From contig CM052816.1 of the NCBI GenBank assembly GCA_028534125.1, positions 69,008,001 through 69,072,000 on the forward strand: DNA of 64,000 nucleotides, in the 5' to 3' direction. Made by a program: the position numbers and the translations under genes. The first letter of the stretch is position 1; every line of letters begins with the position of its first letter. Shown one piece after another: positions 39,984-53,539 of this stretch. Below the pieces are notes generated by a model, which saw only the letters and a list, made by a program, of their open reading frames with translations, made no database searches and was not told the origin of the DNA. This DNA comes from Lama glama (Eukaryota).

Positions 39984-42921
39984 GGGGGAATGGGGTGGGG
40001 GTGGAGAAGGGGAGAGAGAGAGGGAGGGAGGGAGGGAATAGGGGGAGAGAGGGAGAGAGCTAGCAAGCCAATTGTTGTATATTGGAAGGAAGATCTGGGC
40101 TGCCCTTGAGTGAAAGCATTAGGATTTACTTGTATTTTAGCAGCAGAGAGTCAATGCAATATTGTCTTTGGATTAATTTACTTTAAAATAATTTGTATAA
40201 ACAGTGTGCTCCAATCTTTATCCCAGAGGTGATTAACAATCTTTGAAACTCAAATTAGTCATGGAGAATACTAAACAGCAGTCTAAACCCCGAGTTGATT
40301 TCTTGGCTCTTAAAGTATTCTTACTGAAGTAAGACCTAAGAGGGCCTGTGAATTAGCATAAGGAATGTCAGATAATTTACATGGTGACACTCATGGTGTG
40401 AGCTAGAGTTTGATTGGGAGTATTGGGCAGGACTGGATGTCCTTGAATGAATGGTATTTAAGAATCTGGCAAGCCCAGGACATTAATAACTGCTTTCCTG
40501 ACCTAAAATCCCCTTGTCCCTGCTTCTGCTAGCTACAAGGACTTGGTCAGTGGACTTGACCACAAAGATGGGTGTTCAAGCATCTTGGACTGGGCCTTTC
40601 ATGTAAGGGTGATCATGTGGCCAGAGCAGAGACTGGGGCTTCTGCCAAACACAGGCTGTGAGACAGAATTGTGACTTTGGGTGGGATTTGCCTCTTTCTC
40701 TGGTACCACCTTGTAGAGCAGGTAGTGGGTAGAGTCTAACCCCACCAACTTAGAACCACCAGAGTCAGCTTCTGGTATTTACCCCGAAAGAATCAGACAT
40801 TTGCTGAACAGCCAAATGGACTTAGGCCTGTTTGCAACAGGGCAAGTAGCCCTCTAATGGCAGCCCTGGGGACAGGGAGCTGCTCAAGATATGTTGTTCA
40901 AAAGTCTCATTTGGGAATACAGGCTTCCCGAGGAGCAAGGACCCTGGCCCCCCATAAATGTGAAGTGAGTGATGGAGTGAGCCACTCTCGGGAGGCTCTC
41001 CTGAAGCCTAAGAAAGGATCTGTAAGGAGCCACAGAGCAGCAGCCTCCCTGAACAGACTCTGCGGGTATGTCATGCTATCTCTAGGCTGTGCTTCATCAG
41101 ATGACAATTTCCAAGCAGCTGAAGATGGCGGATGCCTTGCAGATGCTCTAGCCAAGTACCCAGCCCAGTGCTGTGGATACAGGAGGCAATGCAGCCTAGG
41201 GCCTGGGGGCTTTGGCTTCACAGAGACTTGGCTTGTAGCTCAGACTCTCTTACTAGTAGAAGAGGAAGAGAAACAGGAAGGAGAGTCACTCCTCAGCTCA
41301 TAGGTTCTCACATCTGATTTCCCTCTAGATCGGTGTCCTCCTTTCTCATGATGTAAAAATAGAAGCTGTCACTCAGTTGCTGACTAGGAAGGAGATATGA
41401 TGGGGTTACAGGGCTAGAGGAATGAGAAAAGAGAAGGTATATTTTCATGGCGTCAATTGGCCAACTTCTACAGTGTTAGCAACTGGTCCTGTAATTCTGT
41501 GGCCTACAGAGGATTTCTGTGTGGCTCGTGTGGATAGACTAATCCTGAATTTAATCTTGGCTAAAGTAAGTGCCTTACACGGCCCTGAGTCTCCAGAGCT
41601 GTCTCTTAGAGGAAATAGAAGAAAATCCCCACTGGCTCATATCTGCTTTAATACTTTCTTTCTTCAATTTAAGGCCTTGCTTCCAAATGCTCTGGGAGAA
41701 CAGTCCTTAAAATGACCATCACTGATCTGCATTTCTCTATAGGCAATTTCATCTACTTCCTTCGGAGTAGGTTTTCATGATGAGAAATTATGAAGACAGC
41801 AGAGGAATAGAAAGAAGGGTCCCACGGGAGCAAGAGCAGGCCTGGCATTGGGGGTATTGGAGGGTACACTTAACTGACTTCTAAATTTTTCTGTCTCTGA
41901 GTTTTGCTGTGAAAGTGAGAGAGGTGATTAGGCAGGCTTACCGACCCTGGCTGATTAACAAGGGAAAGAAAGTACGAGGCCTTTAAAAAACAGGTTGTTT
42001 CTTTTATCCTGCAGCTGGCTCCTTGGTTCCAAGGACACAGGCATACAACAAGGCATTTAATGTCCCACAGCTGCTGCACTGAGCTCAAGGACGTGCCCCA
42101 GTATCTCTTTGTTTGTTCTTTTTTTCCCCACTGAAGTTTCTGCCTTGGGCTGAGCTCCAAGGGAGGAAAGAGCCAGACTGAAGGTGACTGGCACCATCGG
42201 AATGGGGATCATGGTGGCAGAACCTTCCAGTGAAAGACCCCGTGGCCCGATCAGGGCTGGCGCTGTCCTGACCGGCCGCCTGGCTGACGCTCCCCACTTG
42301 AGTGTCTTCTTTTTTTGCTTCTTTTCCTTTCTCTTTCTGGGCAATAAGGAAGCTTTTTTTTTTTTTTTCCACTTTGTCCTTCGGCCTCTTCTGAGAATTC
42401 TTTTTCAATCAGCAGGAGAGGACCCACATGTTTTGGGGGGACTTGCCCACCCATTTGGTGGGCTTTCCAATTTGGAGTGTCTCTATCTGCTAACAAAAGA
42501 ATTTTTGGACTTCAAGTATTCTCCAATACACAGATAACTCCAAATTGGAAAAAAAAAGTTCAAATTCATTTTTTCATCAAATACTTATTGAGTGTCAGCC
42601 ACTGTTCCAGACTCTGGGGGTATAAGACAGAGGTGATGGTGAGGTGGACTAGGGTAGCAGTAGAAACATGGAGAAACAGGTTAATTCAGGTCATGTTTAG
42701 AGGTAGAGACATGGAATTTTGGATGTGAGGAAAAGAGATGAATGAAGATTGATGGTTAAGGTTTGGACATGAATCATTGAGTAGCTGGTAGTGTTATTTA
42801 TAGAGATGAGGGATATGGGAGGAGGACCAGGCTTGGGAGGGCAGAAATAAATGCGTTCTGGTTTTGTCATATAATTTTGAGATGTCTATTTGGACATCCA
42901 GGAGAAGATCACAGGTAGGTT

Positions 42922-43278
42922 TGTCTTAGCTTGGGCAGCTATAAGAAAATACCACAAAGTGGGTGGTTTATATAACAAACATTTATTTCTTACAGTTCCG
43001 GAAGCTGGGAAGTCCAAGATCAGGGCACTGGCAGATCCAGTGTCTGGTGAGAGTTCCCTTTCTGGTTTGTAGATAGTCAGCTTCCCGTTGCATCCTTGCA
43101 CGGCAGAGAGCAGAGAGGAGGACAAGCTCTCCTGTCTCTTCTCATAAGAGCACTAATCCCATTGATGGGGACTCCAGCCTCCAGCACTAATCACCCACCT
43201 CCAAATACCATCACACTAGGGGTTAGGACTTTAACACAGGAATTTGGAGGGCGGAGGCGGACATATTTAACCCATAAG
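42922..43278 (-). mobile_element. MLT1A-like MaLR LTR
   Basis: TGTCTTAG...CAGCTATAAGAAAATACCACAAAGTGGGTGG...CAGTTCCGGAAGCTGGGAAGTCCAAGATC...CACCTCCAAATACCATCACA. Confidence 0.85.
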
Positions 43279-43659
43279 AAGGCTTTTGGAAGCAAAAGTA
43301 AGGCTGAAATCCTGGGGCAGGCTGAAGGTGGGCACAGGTTACATGGGCCTTTTGGGCAGTGGGAGGATGTTGGCTTTTCCTCTGAGAGATGCCTAAAATT
43401 GCAGACTTTCCTGTCTTCTTCTTCACAGAAGCAGCATTGTTGGATGTCTTTATCTCCATGCTACTCAATTATCAGAACTTTCAAATCTCTTGAATTCCCA
43501 GCCTTCCACTTCACCAACCTAGAGAAATCCCAATCCTGGGTCAATACCATATTTTGCCTCCTCCATGTCTGGATGCAGGGGTCTGCACCATAGGAGAAAA
43601 GTTACAATTGTGCAGGTTGATAAAACACCAGTCTCACTGTCTCTCTCTCTCTCTCATTT

Positions 43660-43771
43660 ATTGTTCCAACTGGGACACTGTTGAGAGTGAATGGATACTG
43701 CAAATAATTACACCAGGACAACAGGCATAAACCAGGACTGTCTTGGACACACCAGGTATCATGGTCAACCT
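43660..43771. mobile_element. MER81/MER94-like hAT-Blackjack relic
   Basis: CAGGACAACAGGCATAAACCAGGACTGTC...ATGGTCAACCT terminal motif. Confidence 0.5.
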
Positions 43772-45847
43772 TCTTATAGAGAATTTTACATAATCAAAGA
43801 AAAGGGAAGGAAGATCAGATCAAGGATAATTCTAAACCTTCCAGGCCCGAGTTGTACTTAGTAGACACCTTTCATCCCATTTCACAGAGAAAATTGAGGC
43901 TACCAAGCTCAATTCCCTGGGCTCTGACCTATGAACTTGCCATATATTCAAGTTCACGACCCGCCTCCTCTCCTCTTTTTCAGGGCAAACCTCCACTTGC
44001 ATCTGAACCCCATTCCTTCCTGCCTCTTCCAGGACCCAAAGCCAGCAGCCCCTCTCTTTCCTGTAATCTTTGCTCTCTTTCTCTATTTTTTCCCACCCAA
44101 AGGCAAACTCTAATTCTGAAAGTCCCTTTCCTGCTATTATGATCCCCTCACCCTAGAGTCTCACTTCATTCCTGTCTCCCGTCCGAACCCTCTGAAGCCT
44201 CTCTGCCCGTGATGTCTCCTTTTCGGGTCCCATCCACTCAGTCCTGTATAATTTCTGTCTCCCACTGAGTTATTAAAGCTACTCTCGTCATGTTCGCTTT
44301 ATCCAAGTGGCCAAAATCGCTGGATGATCTTTATCTTCCTTGACTTCTCTGCTGAGCCTGCCTGATGAATACTCTCCACCCCCTCAGCCTCCAGGAAACT
44401 AGACCTCCCTGGGTCTCTTGGTGCCTCTTAGGCTGTTCCCCTGCCATCTCCTGTATGCGCAGTTGTCACTGGTACATGATGTGGCCTAATACCACACAAA
44501 GATACAAAACATTTGGCTGTTTCTACTTCCCGCAGATGGCACCAGACACACAGGGTCATGAGTGGGCCGAGAAGGGGCTCTGGAAAAGCTGGTGATGCTC
44601 TTTATTTCTGAAAATCCTCGGTGCTCTGGATCTGGAGGAGTCATGTGGCCGAGGGGTCTTTTTAGCATACATTTTTATTTCAAGTGTCACCCAACTGTGG
44701 GGTAAAGGCAGGAGCGAGTCACGTGTGTGGCATGCACAAGAGGGGGAGGCCAAACGCAGCACTAAATGGTTCTCTGGGAAGACGAGTTCAACAATTTTAC
44801 ATCAATGTTCTCGTTCTAAGATAGCCAAAAATAGTTTCCTGTGGCTTCTTCTATTTCTCTAACTGGGATTACCAGAATGCGGCTTTGTGCTAGAAATGCA
44901 AGTTCAGCAGAAATGTGTCTTCCCCTAATGAGGCCTGGTGCCTGTTGGTACTGTCTGAGCCCCTGGGGCTGTTCAGTGGGGGGTGGCGACAAGCTCTGAT
45001 TTTCCAGTTGCAGAGAAGTCCATTGCATCCTGCAGACATATTAAATAGCCATAAACTACCCTGAATTTTTGGGCTTCCGTGTGGGGCCTAATGCTAATGG
45101 GGAGCAGCCTACCACTCAGAACTGGCTGTCTGGACCCCTGTCACTTGGTGGGTGGCTTTACATTGAAGCCTGTGGCCTGGTGGAGCCTTGACTCTGAGTG
45201 AGGCTAAGCAGGAGACAGGGCCGTTGGAAGCAGAGGGTTCACCAGTCGTGGGAAATCTGCAAGAATTCCCGTTGTGACTACAGACAAGAGTCACCTTTAT
45301 GTGTTCTGGGTTACTGGAAGGCCTCCGTAAAAGTGCGTTTGTTCAGGGCCTCACGGAAAGTCAGTGCTGACGGGACCTCAGAGACCTGCTAGCCCAGGCC
45401 TCTCCTTCTTCTTTATATAAATTTCAAAACACAGACGGTGGTTTGACTCCATAATTGCATCCAGTCGTGTGATTTCAAAATGGTTTACATTCCTTCAATG
45501 TTAAGCTCTTTGTTGCTGACAGTGAAATGAGAAATGAGAACCAAGTGAAACCTGAGGGTTTTTAAAGTTAAATTCTTTATACTGCGAGCATCCCTACATT
45601 TTATTAACCTGCTGCCAACTACCTTCTGTTCTCACCCTCTGCAGAAACAGACCTCAAGGCCTTTATGTCCGCCTTCCTCTAGGGCTCTTAGGCCATCTTC
45701 ACTGACCATTTCTTCAAAGTCTGGTTTGAATACCAAAAAGGGCTCTTGTTTCCCTCATGTTCATCATAAAATCCCATTTTTGTTCTACTTAAAGCCCTTT
45801 TAGTGGGATTCTGTTCCTTGCAAACAGACTAGTATGGCAGAGTAATA

Positions 45848-46713
45848 TTTTGTATTTTTTATTATTTATTTTGAGGAAGTCTTTCTTTTCTTTTTTTTAT
45901 TGAAATGAAGTTAATGTATAATCATATAAATTACAGATGTACAATACAGTGATTCACAATTTTTAAAGGTTATACTTCACTTATAGTTATTATAAAATAT
46001 TGGTCGTGTTCCCTGTGCTGCACCATATATCCTTGTAGCTTATTTATTTTATAATTTGTACCTCTTAGTTCCCTCCCTCTCTTGCCCCTCCCCACTTGTA
46101 ACCACTAGATGGTTCTCTGTATCTGGGAGTCTATTTCTGTTTTGTTATGTCCATTTTTATATACATATATATATTTTTAGATTCTACATATACAATGGTA
46201 ATTTGTCTTTCTCTGTCTGACTGGTTTTACTAAGCATAATACCCTTTAGGTCCATCCAAGTTGTTGCAAATGGAAAAATGTCATTCATTTTAAAAGGCTG
46301 TGTAATATTCCATTGTGTGTGTGCGTGCGTGCGTGTGCGTGTGTGTGTGTATGCCACATCTTCTTTATCCGTTCATCAGCTGATGGACACTTAGTTTGCT
46401 TCCATATATGGCTATTGTAAATAATGCTGTTGTGAACATTGGGGTGCATGTATTTTTTTTGAATTAGTGTTTTCGTTTTCTGGTATATATACCCAGGACT
46501 GAAATTTCTGGATCATATGGTAGTTCTATTTTAGTGTTTTAAAGAACCTCCATACTGTTGTCCATAGTGGATTTACCAACTTACATTCCTATCAACAGCA
46601 TACAGGGGTTCCCTTTCCTCCACATCCTCGCCAACATTTGTTACTGGTGGTCTTTTTGATGATAGCCATTCTGACAGGTGTGAGGTGAAATCTGACTGTG
46701 GTTTTGATTTGCA
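45848..46713 (-). mobile_element. 5'-truncated L1 (ORF2 C-terminus and 3' UTR) with target-site duplication
   Basis: Antisense L1 3' end; TSD CAGAGTAATA at 45838-45847 and 46714-46723; contains a (TG/CG)n tract at about 46314-46350. Confidence 0.92.
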
Positions 46714-49700
46714 CAGAGTAATACATTTTACATGAAACAAATCTTCACATCCTTCCACACGTAGCTATTTCCTTTTCCCCTTGGTCTTTGCACAGCTTTG
46801 AACAGAATTCTTCAAAGAAAGGATATCTCACGTTGCTTAAAGGCAACAGGAACAGCCGGCTGTCCAAAACACCGCCTACTATCATGGGCCGAACACATTA
46901 TGTGGACAATCTCAATTAACCTTGCCACTTCCCGTGGTGGCATAGTACTTCCTCAGACGATAATATTGAGGCACAAAGGTTAAGTAACTTACTTTGCTGA
47001 GTGGTGAAGCTGGGATTTGAACCTCTCACCACTCACCCAGTCAGGGGTTAGAGAGCCTACATGAAAAGCTGCCTCTTAAATGTTGGGGCTGTTACCCAAA
47101 CTGCTCTAGTAGCTGAATTATTCCTCCCTCCTGTCCTTATAATTACTATTTAAACTTGGGCCTTTGGGTGGTTCTTTGACCTCCTGGGGACAGAGGGCCT
47201 GAATGAGCCTAGGTTCCACAGAGGCACACTGGCCCCACCCCAGTCTTCTGGCTTCCAAGCCTTCTACCCACAACACTCTCCAGCCCCCACCAAATATGCC
47301 TCAGCTTCCACATTTTTAGCTGTGGGTTCTCTTTTGGGGTAGAATCTTCTCTAAAATGTTTACCTTCCTACAAGTCGAGGAAGAGCAGAAAACATTTGCA
47401 CTTTCCCACTTGAAGAACATTTCCCCTTTTCTACCCAGAGCAGCTATCTTGAAATAGTCCCCCTGGGGTAGGCAGAGCTGGCCTCTGGCCTGGATACTGA
47501 GTCCCTGCATGTGCTCCAGGCCCTGCATGTCAGTGTGGCATGAGCTGTGTGAGTTTTGCAGGGGAACAAGGATCCCCTGAGTGCTGGAGGTACTTGGTGC
47601 AGCTGGAATTGCTTTGCTGCCCCCAGAAAGAGGTTCTGTTTTTTGAGAAGTTCAGAATCCTTGACAGAGGCCCTAAAGTGTTCCTTGACTTTCCTCAGGT
47701 GGCTTCCTAGAACTCGCAGAATTTAATCTCTGCAGCAAACTCTAACAGGGCTTCACTTGTCTTTTCTCCCTTCCTTCTGTTGACTTCCCAGGAGACTTAA
47801 AGCATCCTGAAATATTCTTTTAAAGACTGGTAATTCTGAAGCTAGCAGTGACTTCGAGAGCCCACCTCATTTTTCACACTGACTCCTGCTGAGGTCACAG
47901 CCACTGCCTCCAATAAATCAGCTCAAACATCTGTAAACTAGTCTGGGTGTGGGGTAGGTTCCATGAGACTTCTTAGCGCTCGTAGGTCAGCTCCTTAATG
48001 TGACAAATACAAACCCCAGTCTGTATTTCCAATTTGCAAGAATGATAACTTTATTTTCAATAATCATACTCGGGATTTCATATCCATTGTGCTGAGTGGC
48101 TAAAACTCTATGTTGGTCTCTTTAGAGTTGCCCCTCTTACCACCCAGCAGGCTGAGAGGAAAAGGATTTCCTGTTTTAGGGGACAGGACAGTTAGGGGGG
48201 AGTAGTCAGAGCGATGAGACTGGTGGATCCTAAAGAAAGGCAGAGCCCCCATGGAAGCAGCAAAACCCCACTGCTAGATATATGCACTGAAGGAAGACAG
48301 TAAGTCTTTGTGGTGAGTCTTGGCAGCCAAGGCCTTGCCCAGCCTCATGGAGAGGATCTACAGCAGGGTGGGCAAAGAAAGTTCAAGGTGGCTTGAGAGA
48401 AGCAGAAAAGGTTGCTGGCACCTGACAGAGTCATTCAGGTGGGAATGAGGCTGTCTCTATAGAGCCTACATTGGACTGACACCCCAAGACCACATGGGAT
48501 GAGGGATGTCTCAGTGGGTGCCTGCACAGGGCATCCAGGAGCAGCAAAGTGCCTCACCTCTTCTCCCAGTCACCCCTGTCCTGGTACCACGTAAGTCCCA
48601 TGGAACATCAATACAGCCCAACACAGGGAGATGCTGGAGAGAAAACTTCAATGGACTGAGATACAGTTTTTCACCCACAGGAAACTGGGAGGTCAAAACA
48701 GAAATCAAATTGAGTTTTGGAAAAATATAGAAAATTATCATGTATGCATGATATTTGTGAAGCTTGAGTGGTAAACTAGCTCAGTAAAGTGTGGATTTAT
48801 CAGAAGAACCCAGAAGAATCTCACAGAAACAAAATTCAGGAAGTACATCTGGGCTTCACAGGAACAAGAATGCCCAAAGGCAGCTACTGTCTGTGGCTCT
48901 GACTGTCCCTTATAATCAGCTTTTCTCTGGGACACGGTGCCGATCGCCTCTCTGCAAGGACCAAGACAGAGGCAGGTGGCTTCCTCTCCTGACTCATGAT
49001 CCCTCCACAACCTTTGTGAACACGGGTCTTTGGCTGGTGCTCACTAAGGCGCCATCTCCACAAGACTGTCTGGTCTGTGATCTCCACCAAATCATTGCAT
49101 TCTTAATGCCTCTTGGTTGAAAGGCTTGAGAGGGAATCAGCTTGGACACTCTTTTGCCCTGGGTCATCTCCTTAGACCAGGAACCCACCCTGGCCCAGTC
49201 ATGTAGGGTCAGAGGGTGAGAAGTCATGTGAGTGGGACATGGTGCTCAAGCCAGTCATATCATCAAAGATGTGTGGATTGGACAGTTCCAGAGAAAGGTC
49301 TTGGGCCCAGTTTCTATTTAACTTTTATTTAAATTACTGCTGTACCTTAGACTCCTCTCTATATTGCCACTTCCTTGAAAGCAGGGGCTCTAATTCATCT
49401 CTGTATGCACCATCACATCTTTCGTGTGCCTTTTGCATTTGGAAGAGTTCAATGAATATTTGTTGAATGAATGCACATCCCTATATTCATTCTCTGTTCT
49501 CTCTACCTTCATTTCTGAGTGAACAGTGTTCAGGTTAATATCTGAATAGAATAATTCCTGTTGCTGGGGCATAGCAGGTGAGTGGCAGTCAAAATGACTA
49601 GATGACTCGATTTAAATGACTGTTATATGGGCGGATTTCCTGATCACACACAATCAACATCCCCAGAGTCACTATATTTACCATTGGGTTTTCCTAACAA

Positions 49701-50389
49701 CTGAATATGCTAATTTCTTGTTATTCTAGAGCCACCTTAACTGCTATGGACATTGGCTGGAGACCTCATCTATTCTTTGAAGCATTTATGTGATAGGTTG
49801 GAACTAATTTAAAGAAGAGGAGCAAGTGATACTCTACAGGGAAATAATTCCTAGTCTCTTTTTGACACTTAGACTAATTTTTCTAAATTAAAAGCTTAGA
49901 GTTATCAGCCATCACCACTTTGAGTAAAGAAATTCAAACATTTCATGTTTCTCTGTGCACTAATTAAACGGGCTCTATTTAATTGAAAGAGCTTCCCTGA
50001 TGCCAGCAATGACAATTTAGAATCGTACAGTTTTGAACCTAGAGGGAACTTACAGATCATTTAATCTAACCCTTCTATTTTATACGGGAGGAAATGAAAG
50101 CTGTAATACATCTAGAGGCAGAGCTACCTCCCCCACCCACCTGGTCCAGGGTTCTTCAGCCCCAAGAAAATCTGCACTATTACCAGCAGAGGTCGGGGGA
50201 TGCTGGAGATCACTAACATGGGTAACATAAGTAGTCCTACGCAGTAAATATGGCTAAGCCCACAGAAGGAAAATAAGACAGCCCTCCATCCTGAAGGAAA
50301 GATAAAAGATGGCTCATTCTTAGGAATGTGTGTCTAGCCAGGGTTGCTCAGAGACTGGCCAGTGAGTTCTTACCATGAACTGGATACCA

Positions 50390-50600
50390 TGTTCAACACT
50401 CAGTCCTCAGGAGCTGGATGAGCCACATAACCTACCTATGGGATCAGCATTATTATCTTCATTCTACAGATGAGGAGACTGAAGTTGGGACAATTAAGAG
50501 ATTCGCCCAAAGCCACATACCAAGCTCACTTACTAATAATATCTGAGCTGGGATTTACACTCAAGTTTCTCAAGGTACTAAGCCTGCGTTCTTAACCCAG
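50390..50600 (-). mobile_element. MIR SINE
   Basis: ATTATCTTCATTCTACAGATGAGGAGACTGAAG...TTAAGAGATTCGCCCAAAGCCACA...GAGCTGGGATTT. Confidence 0.7.
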
Positions 50601-51191
50601 GGTGATATTTGAGTAGAGGCTCCCTGGGGACATGGGTGACAGTCTGGGGCCTCTCTGGGGAATCCTGCTTTGCACTATTTATGCTTTTATATTTATGTGG
50701 ATACCTGCGCCTGCCAGGAGGTATTCTGTCTGCCTGGATCAGCCTGAGCTGAACTGGTCTAGCTCCGGGCAGACTTTTATCACAAACTATACCTCCAGCT
50801 CTTTGCTAGGACAGAGCCAGCCCAGGGTGGGGCCAGTCTCTGTGCTGGTTAATTCACATTCCTTGTGGAGAGACTTGCCATTTGTTGAGAATTTGAATGT
50901 GAGACTGATAAACCTGGAAGGACCATTGAGATTTGGTGCAATCTCCATGTTTTAAAAAGGAAGAAACAGAGGCCCAGTTTGTTTCGTTGATGCTGACCTG
51001 TAAATGCTAAGAGAGCCAGAGTGGCTCGGAGAAACAAGTTTATGCAGAGCCTGGAAAATCAGCCCTTTTATGACTAGTTCCCCTTTTAGCTGCTTGTCAG
51101 CCCAGCTGATGGTTCCCTTCTTGCTTGCCAGTCAGACAACACTGAGAAGGTACAAATCTTCTCTTTGCTCTCTCTCTTTTTTTTTTTTAAT

Positions 51192-51857
51192 TGTAGGCTA
51201 GCTGTTTTGGGACACAAAGGCAGCTTGTCGGTGACACGGTGACATGCAGGTTGGTAAAAGAATTTACTGGAGATAAAGTATGAGAATAGAAAAGGAGTTT
51301 ATTATGTTCCACTGTCATAGACAACAGTGGGCCACACAGATAAGGGGTGCCTGTGTGAGCGCCGAGGGCTGGTTGGTGGGGTCTTTTATAAAATTGGGTC
51401 TCAAGGTGCCTGATTGGCTAGTGCACAAGTCTCTGAGGTTGTAGGTGAGGTGAGAGGTTTAGGGCCTATGAAGGGCGGTGGGGTTTATGGCTCTGATAAG
51501 GTGGGCTGAAACAAGCCAGCCTGAGCTACTGTGAGATTAGGCATTAACTAGGGCTATTAGTTTGTTAGGGCAAACATGCCCAGTAAAGAATGTCCTTTGT
51601 TGAGGGATCATGGGCAGACATCCGAGATCCCAGAAATTGGGGTTGTTGGACTTCGAAGGATGTCAATTGACCTAACACTAGCTTCTCTGAAAAAGCAGAG
51701 GACTTGGCTACCTATAGCTTCCTTGCTTCTCTTCCAGAGAAGAGCAGATCCTCTTCCCTTAGAAGTCTCCCAGAAAGTTTCAAAATGGAAGTGACTGGCC
51801 CCATTTTTGGTCAAGTGCCCACCAGCCCGACCAACTACTGTGAGCTGGAAAGGTTAC
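51192..51857 (-). mobile_element. Solo ERV LTR-like element, antisense, upstream of CSPG4B
   Basis: On the minus strand: CCAAT (51417-51413), TATAAAA (51390-51384) and AATAAA (51303-51298) in U3-R-U5 order; TG...CA ends plausible, TSD not resolved. Confidence 0.55.
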
Positions 51858-52175
51858 AAAAGTTGGCGCTAGCTCCCATTTTCAACAAGGGGGTGGAGAG
51901 GCAGGGAGTGGGGAGCATTTCCCCTAGAGAAGTCGGGTGAGTCTCCCAGGAGAATGTAGGGTCTGGACAGATGAAACTTGTCTGCTCAGGGGTAAAACAA
52001 ATTACAGATCATCTGATAAAGGAAAGGTCAAAATTGGATTCTATGCTTAAACAGTACTTTATTACAGAACTAAAAAAGGAAAGGAAGGTGAAATAAAGTC
52101 ATCTCTAATTTGATTAGGAACAAAATATCACTAGCATTGATTGCACAAGCATCAGCATTTGGTCAAACACCGGTG

Positions 52176-52675
52176 NNNNNNNNNNNNNNNNNNNNNNNNN
52201 NNNNNNNNNNNNNNNNNNNNNNNNNNNNNNNNNNNNNNNNNNNNNNNNNNNNNNNNNNNNNNNNNNNNNNNNNNNNNNNNNNNNNNNNNNNNNNNNNNNN
52301 NNNNNNNNNNNNNNNNNNNNNNNNNNNNNNNNNNNNNNNNNNNNNNNNNNNNNNNNNNNNNNNNNNNNNNNNNNNNNNNNNNNNNNNNNNNNNNNNNNNN
52401 NNNNNNNNNNNNNNNNNNNNNNNNNNNNNNNNNNNNNNNNNNNNNNNNNNNNNNNNNNNNNNNNNNNNNNNNNNNNNNNNNNNNNNNNNNNNNNNNNNNN
52501 NNNNNNNNNNNNNNNNNNNNNNNNNNNNNNNNNNNNNNNNNNNNNNNNNNNNNNNNNNNNNNNNNNNNNNNNNNNNNNNNNNNNNNNNNNNNNNNNNNNN
52601 NNNNNNNNNNNNNNNNNNNNNNNNNNNNNNNNNNNNNNNNNNNNNNNNNNNNNNNNNNNNNNNNNNNNNNNNNNN
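52176..52675. other. Assembly gap (500 N) flanked by a ~347-bp duplicated overlap
   Basis: 51829-52175 reappears at 52676-53023 with three small differences. Confidence 0.97.
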
Positions 52676-53539
52676 GACCAACTACTGTGAGCTGGAAAGG
52701 TTACAAAAGTTGGCGCTAGCTCCCATTTTCAACAAGGGGGTGGAGAGGCAGGGAGTGGGGAGCATTTCCCCTAGAGAAGTCGGGTGAGTCTCCCAGGAGA
52801 ATGGAGGGGTCTGGACAGATGAAACTTGTCTGCTCAGGGGTAAAACAAATTACAGATCATCTGATAAAGAAAAGGTCAAAATTGGATTCTATGCTTAAAC
52901 AGTACTTTATTACAGAACTAAAAAAGGAAAGGAAGGTGAAATAAAGTCATCTCTAATTTGATTAGGAACAAAATATCACTAGCATTGATTGCACAAGCAT
53001 CAGCATTTGGTCAAACACCGGTGATGCACAGAACACGGCAGGGGAAACTGGCACACAGGGCTGATCTACAAGGCCTGTGGCTCTTGTCCCTCAAACCTGG
53101 TCCTTGTCAAGCTCCACTCAAGCCCATTTTCCCCAGAAGCCTCAGGCGTGGGTGGAGGCTTTCCCTCTCCATGAGTAAGTGCCCCGAATCAGGAGGTGAG
53201 TGTTCCTGCACAGGACTCTTGGGCTTTGATTAACGCATCGGATAGGCAGTTTTTCCAAAAAGTCGGTTAAATGATTTGAGGGACCGTCTTTTAAAATACA
53301 TAAAAATAAGGCTCACATTTGAGAAGGAATGATATCATCGTTTTTCTCCTCCCATTCATACTCATTCATCAAAACAATTGCTGGTGCCTATGCACCAGGT
53401 ATGCGTTGGGGATACAGCAGTAAGTTGGCGCTCACTCTGGCTCCTTAAAGCCGTGTTGGGTCCTACCTCCAGGAATGCTTCTCCCTCCAGCCTCCATTTC
53501 TCAACAGCGCCTGCTCACACACAACTCCATCACAGAACT

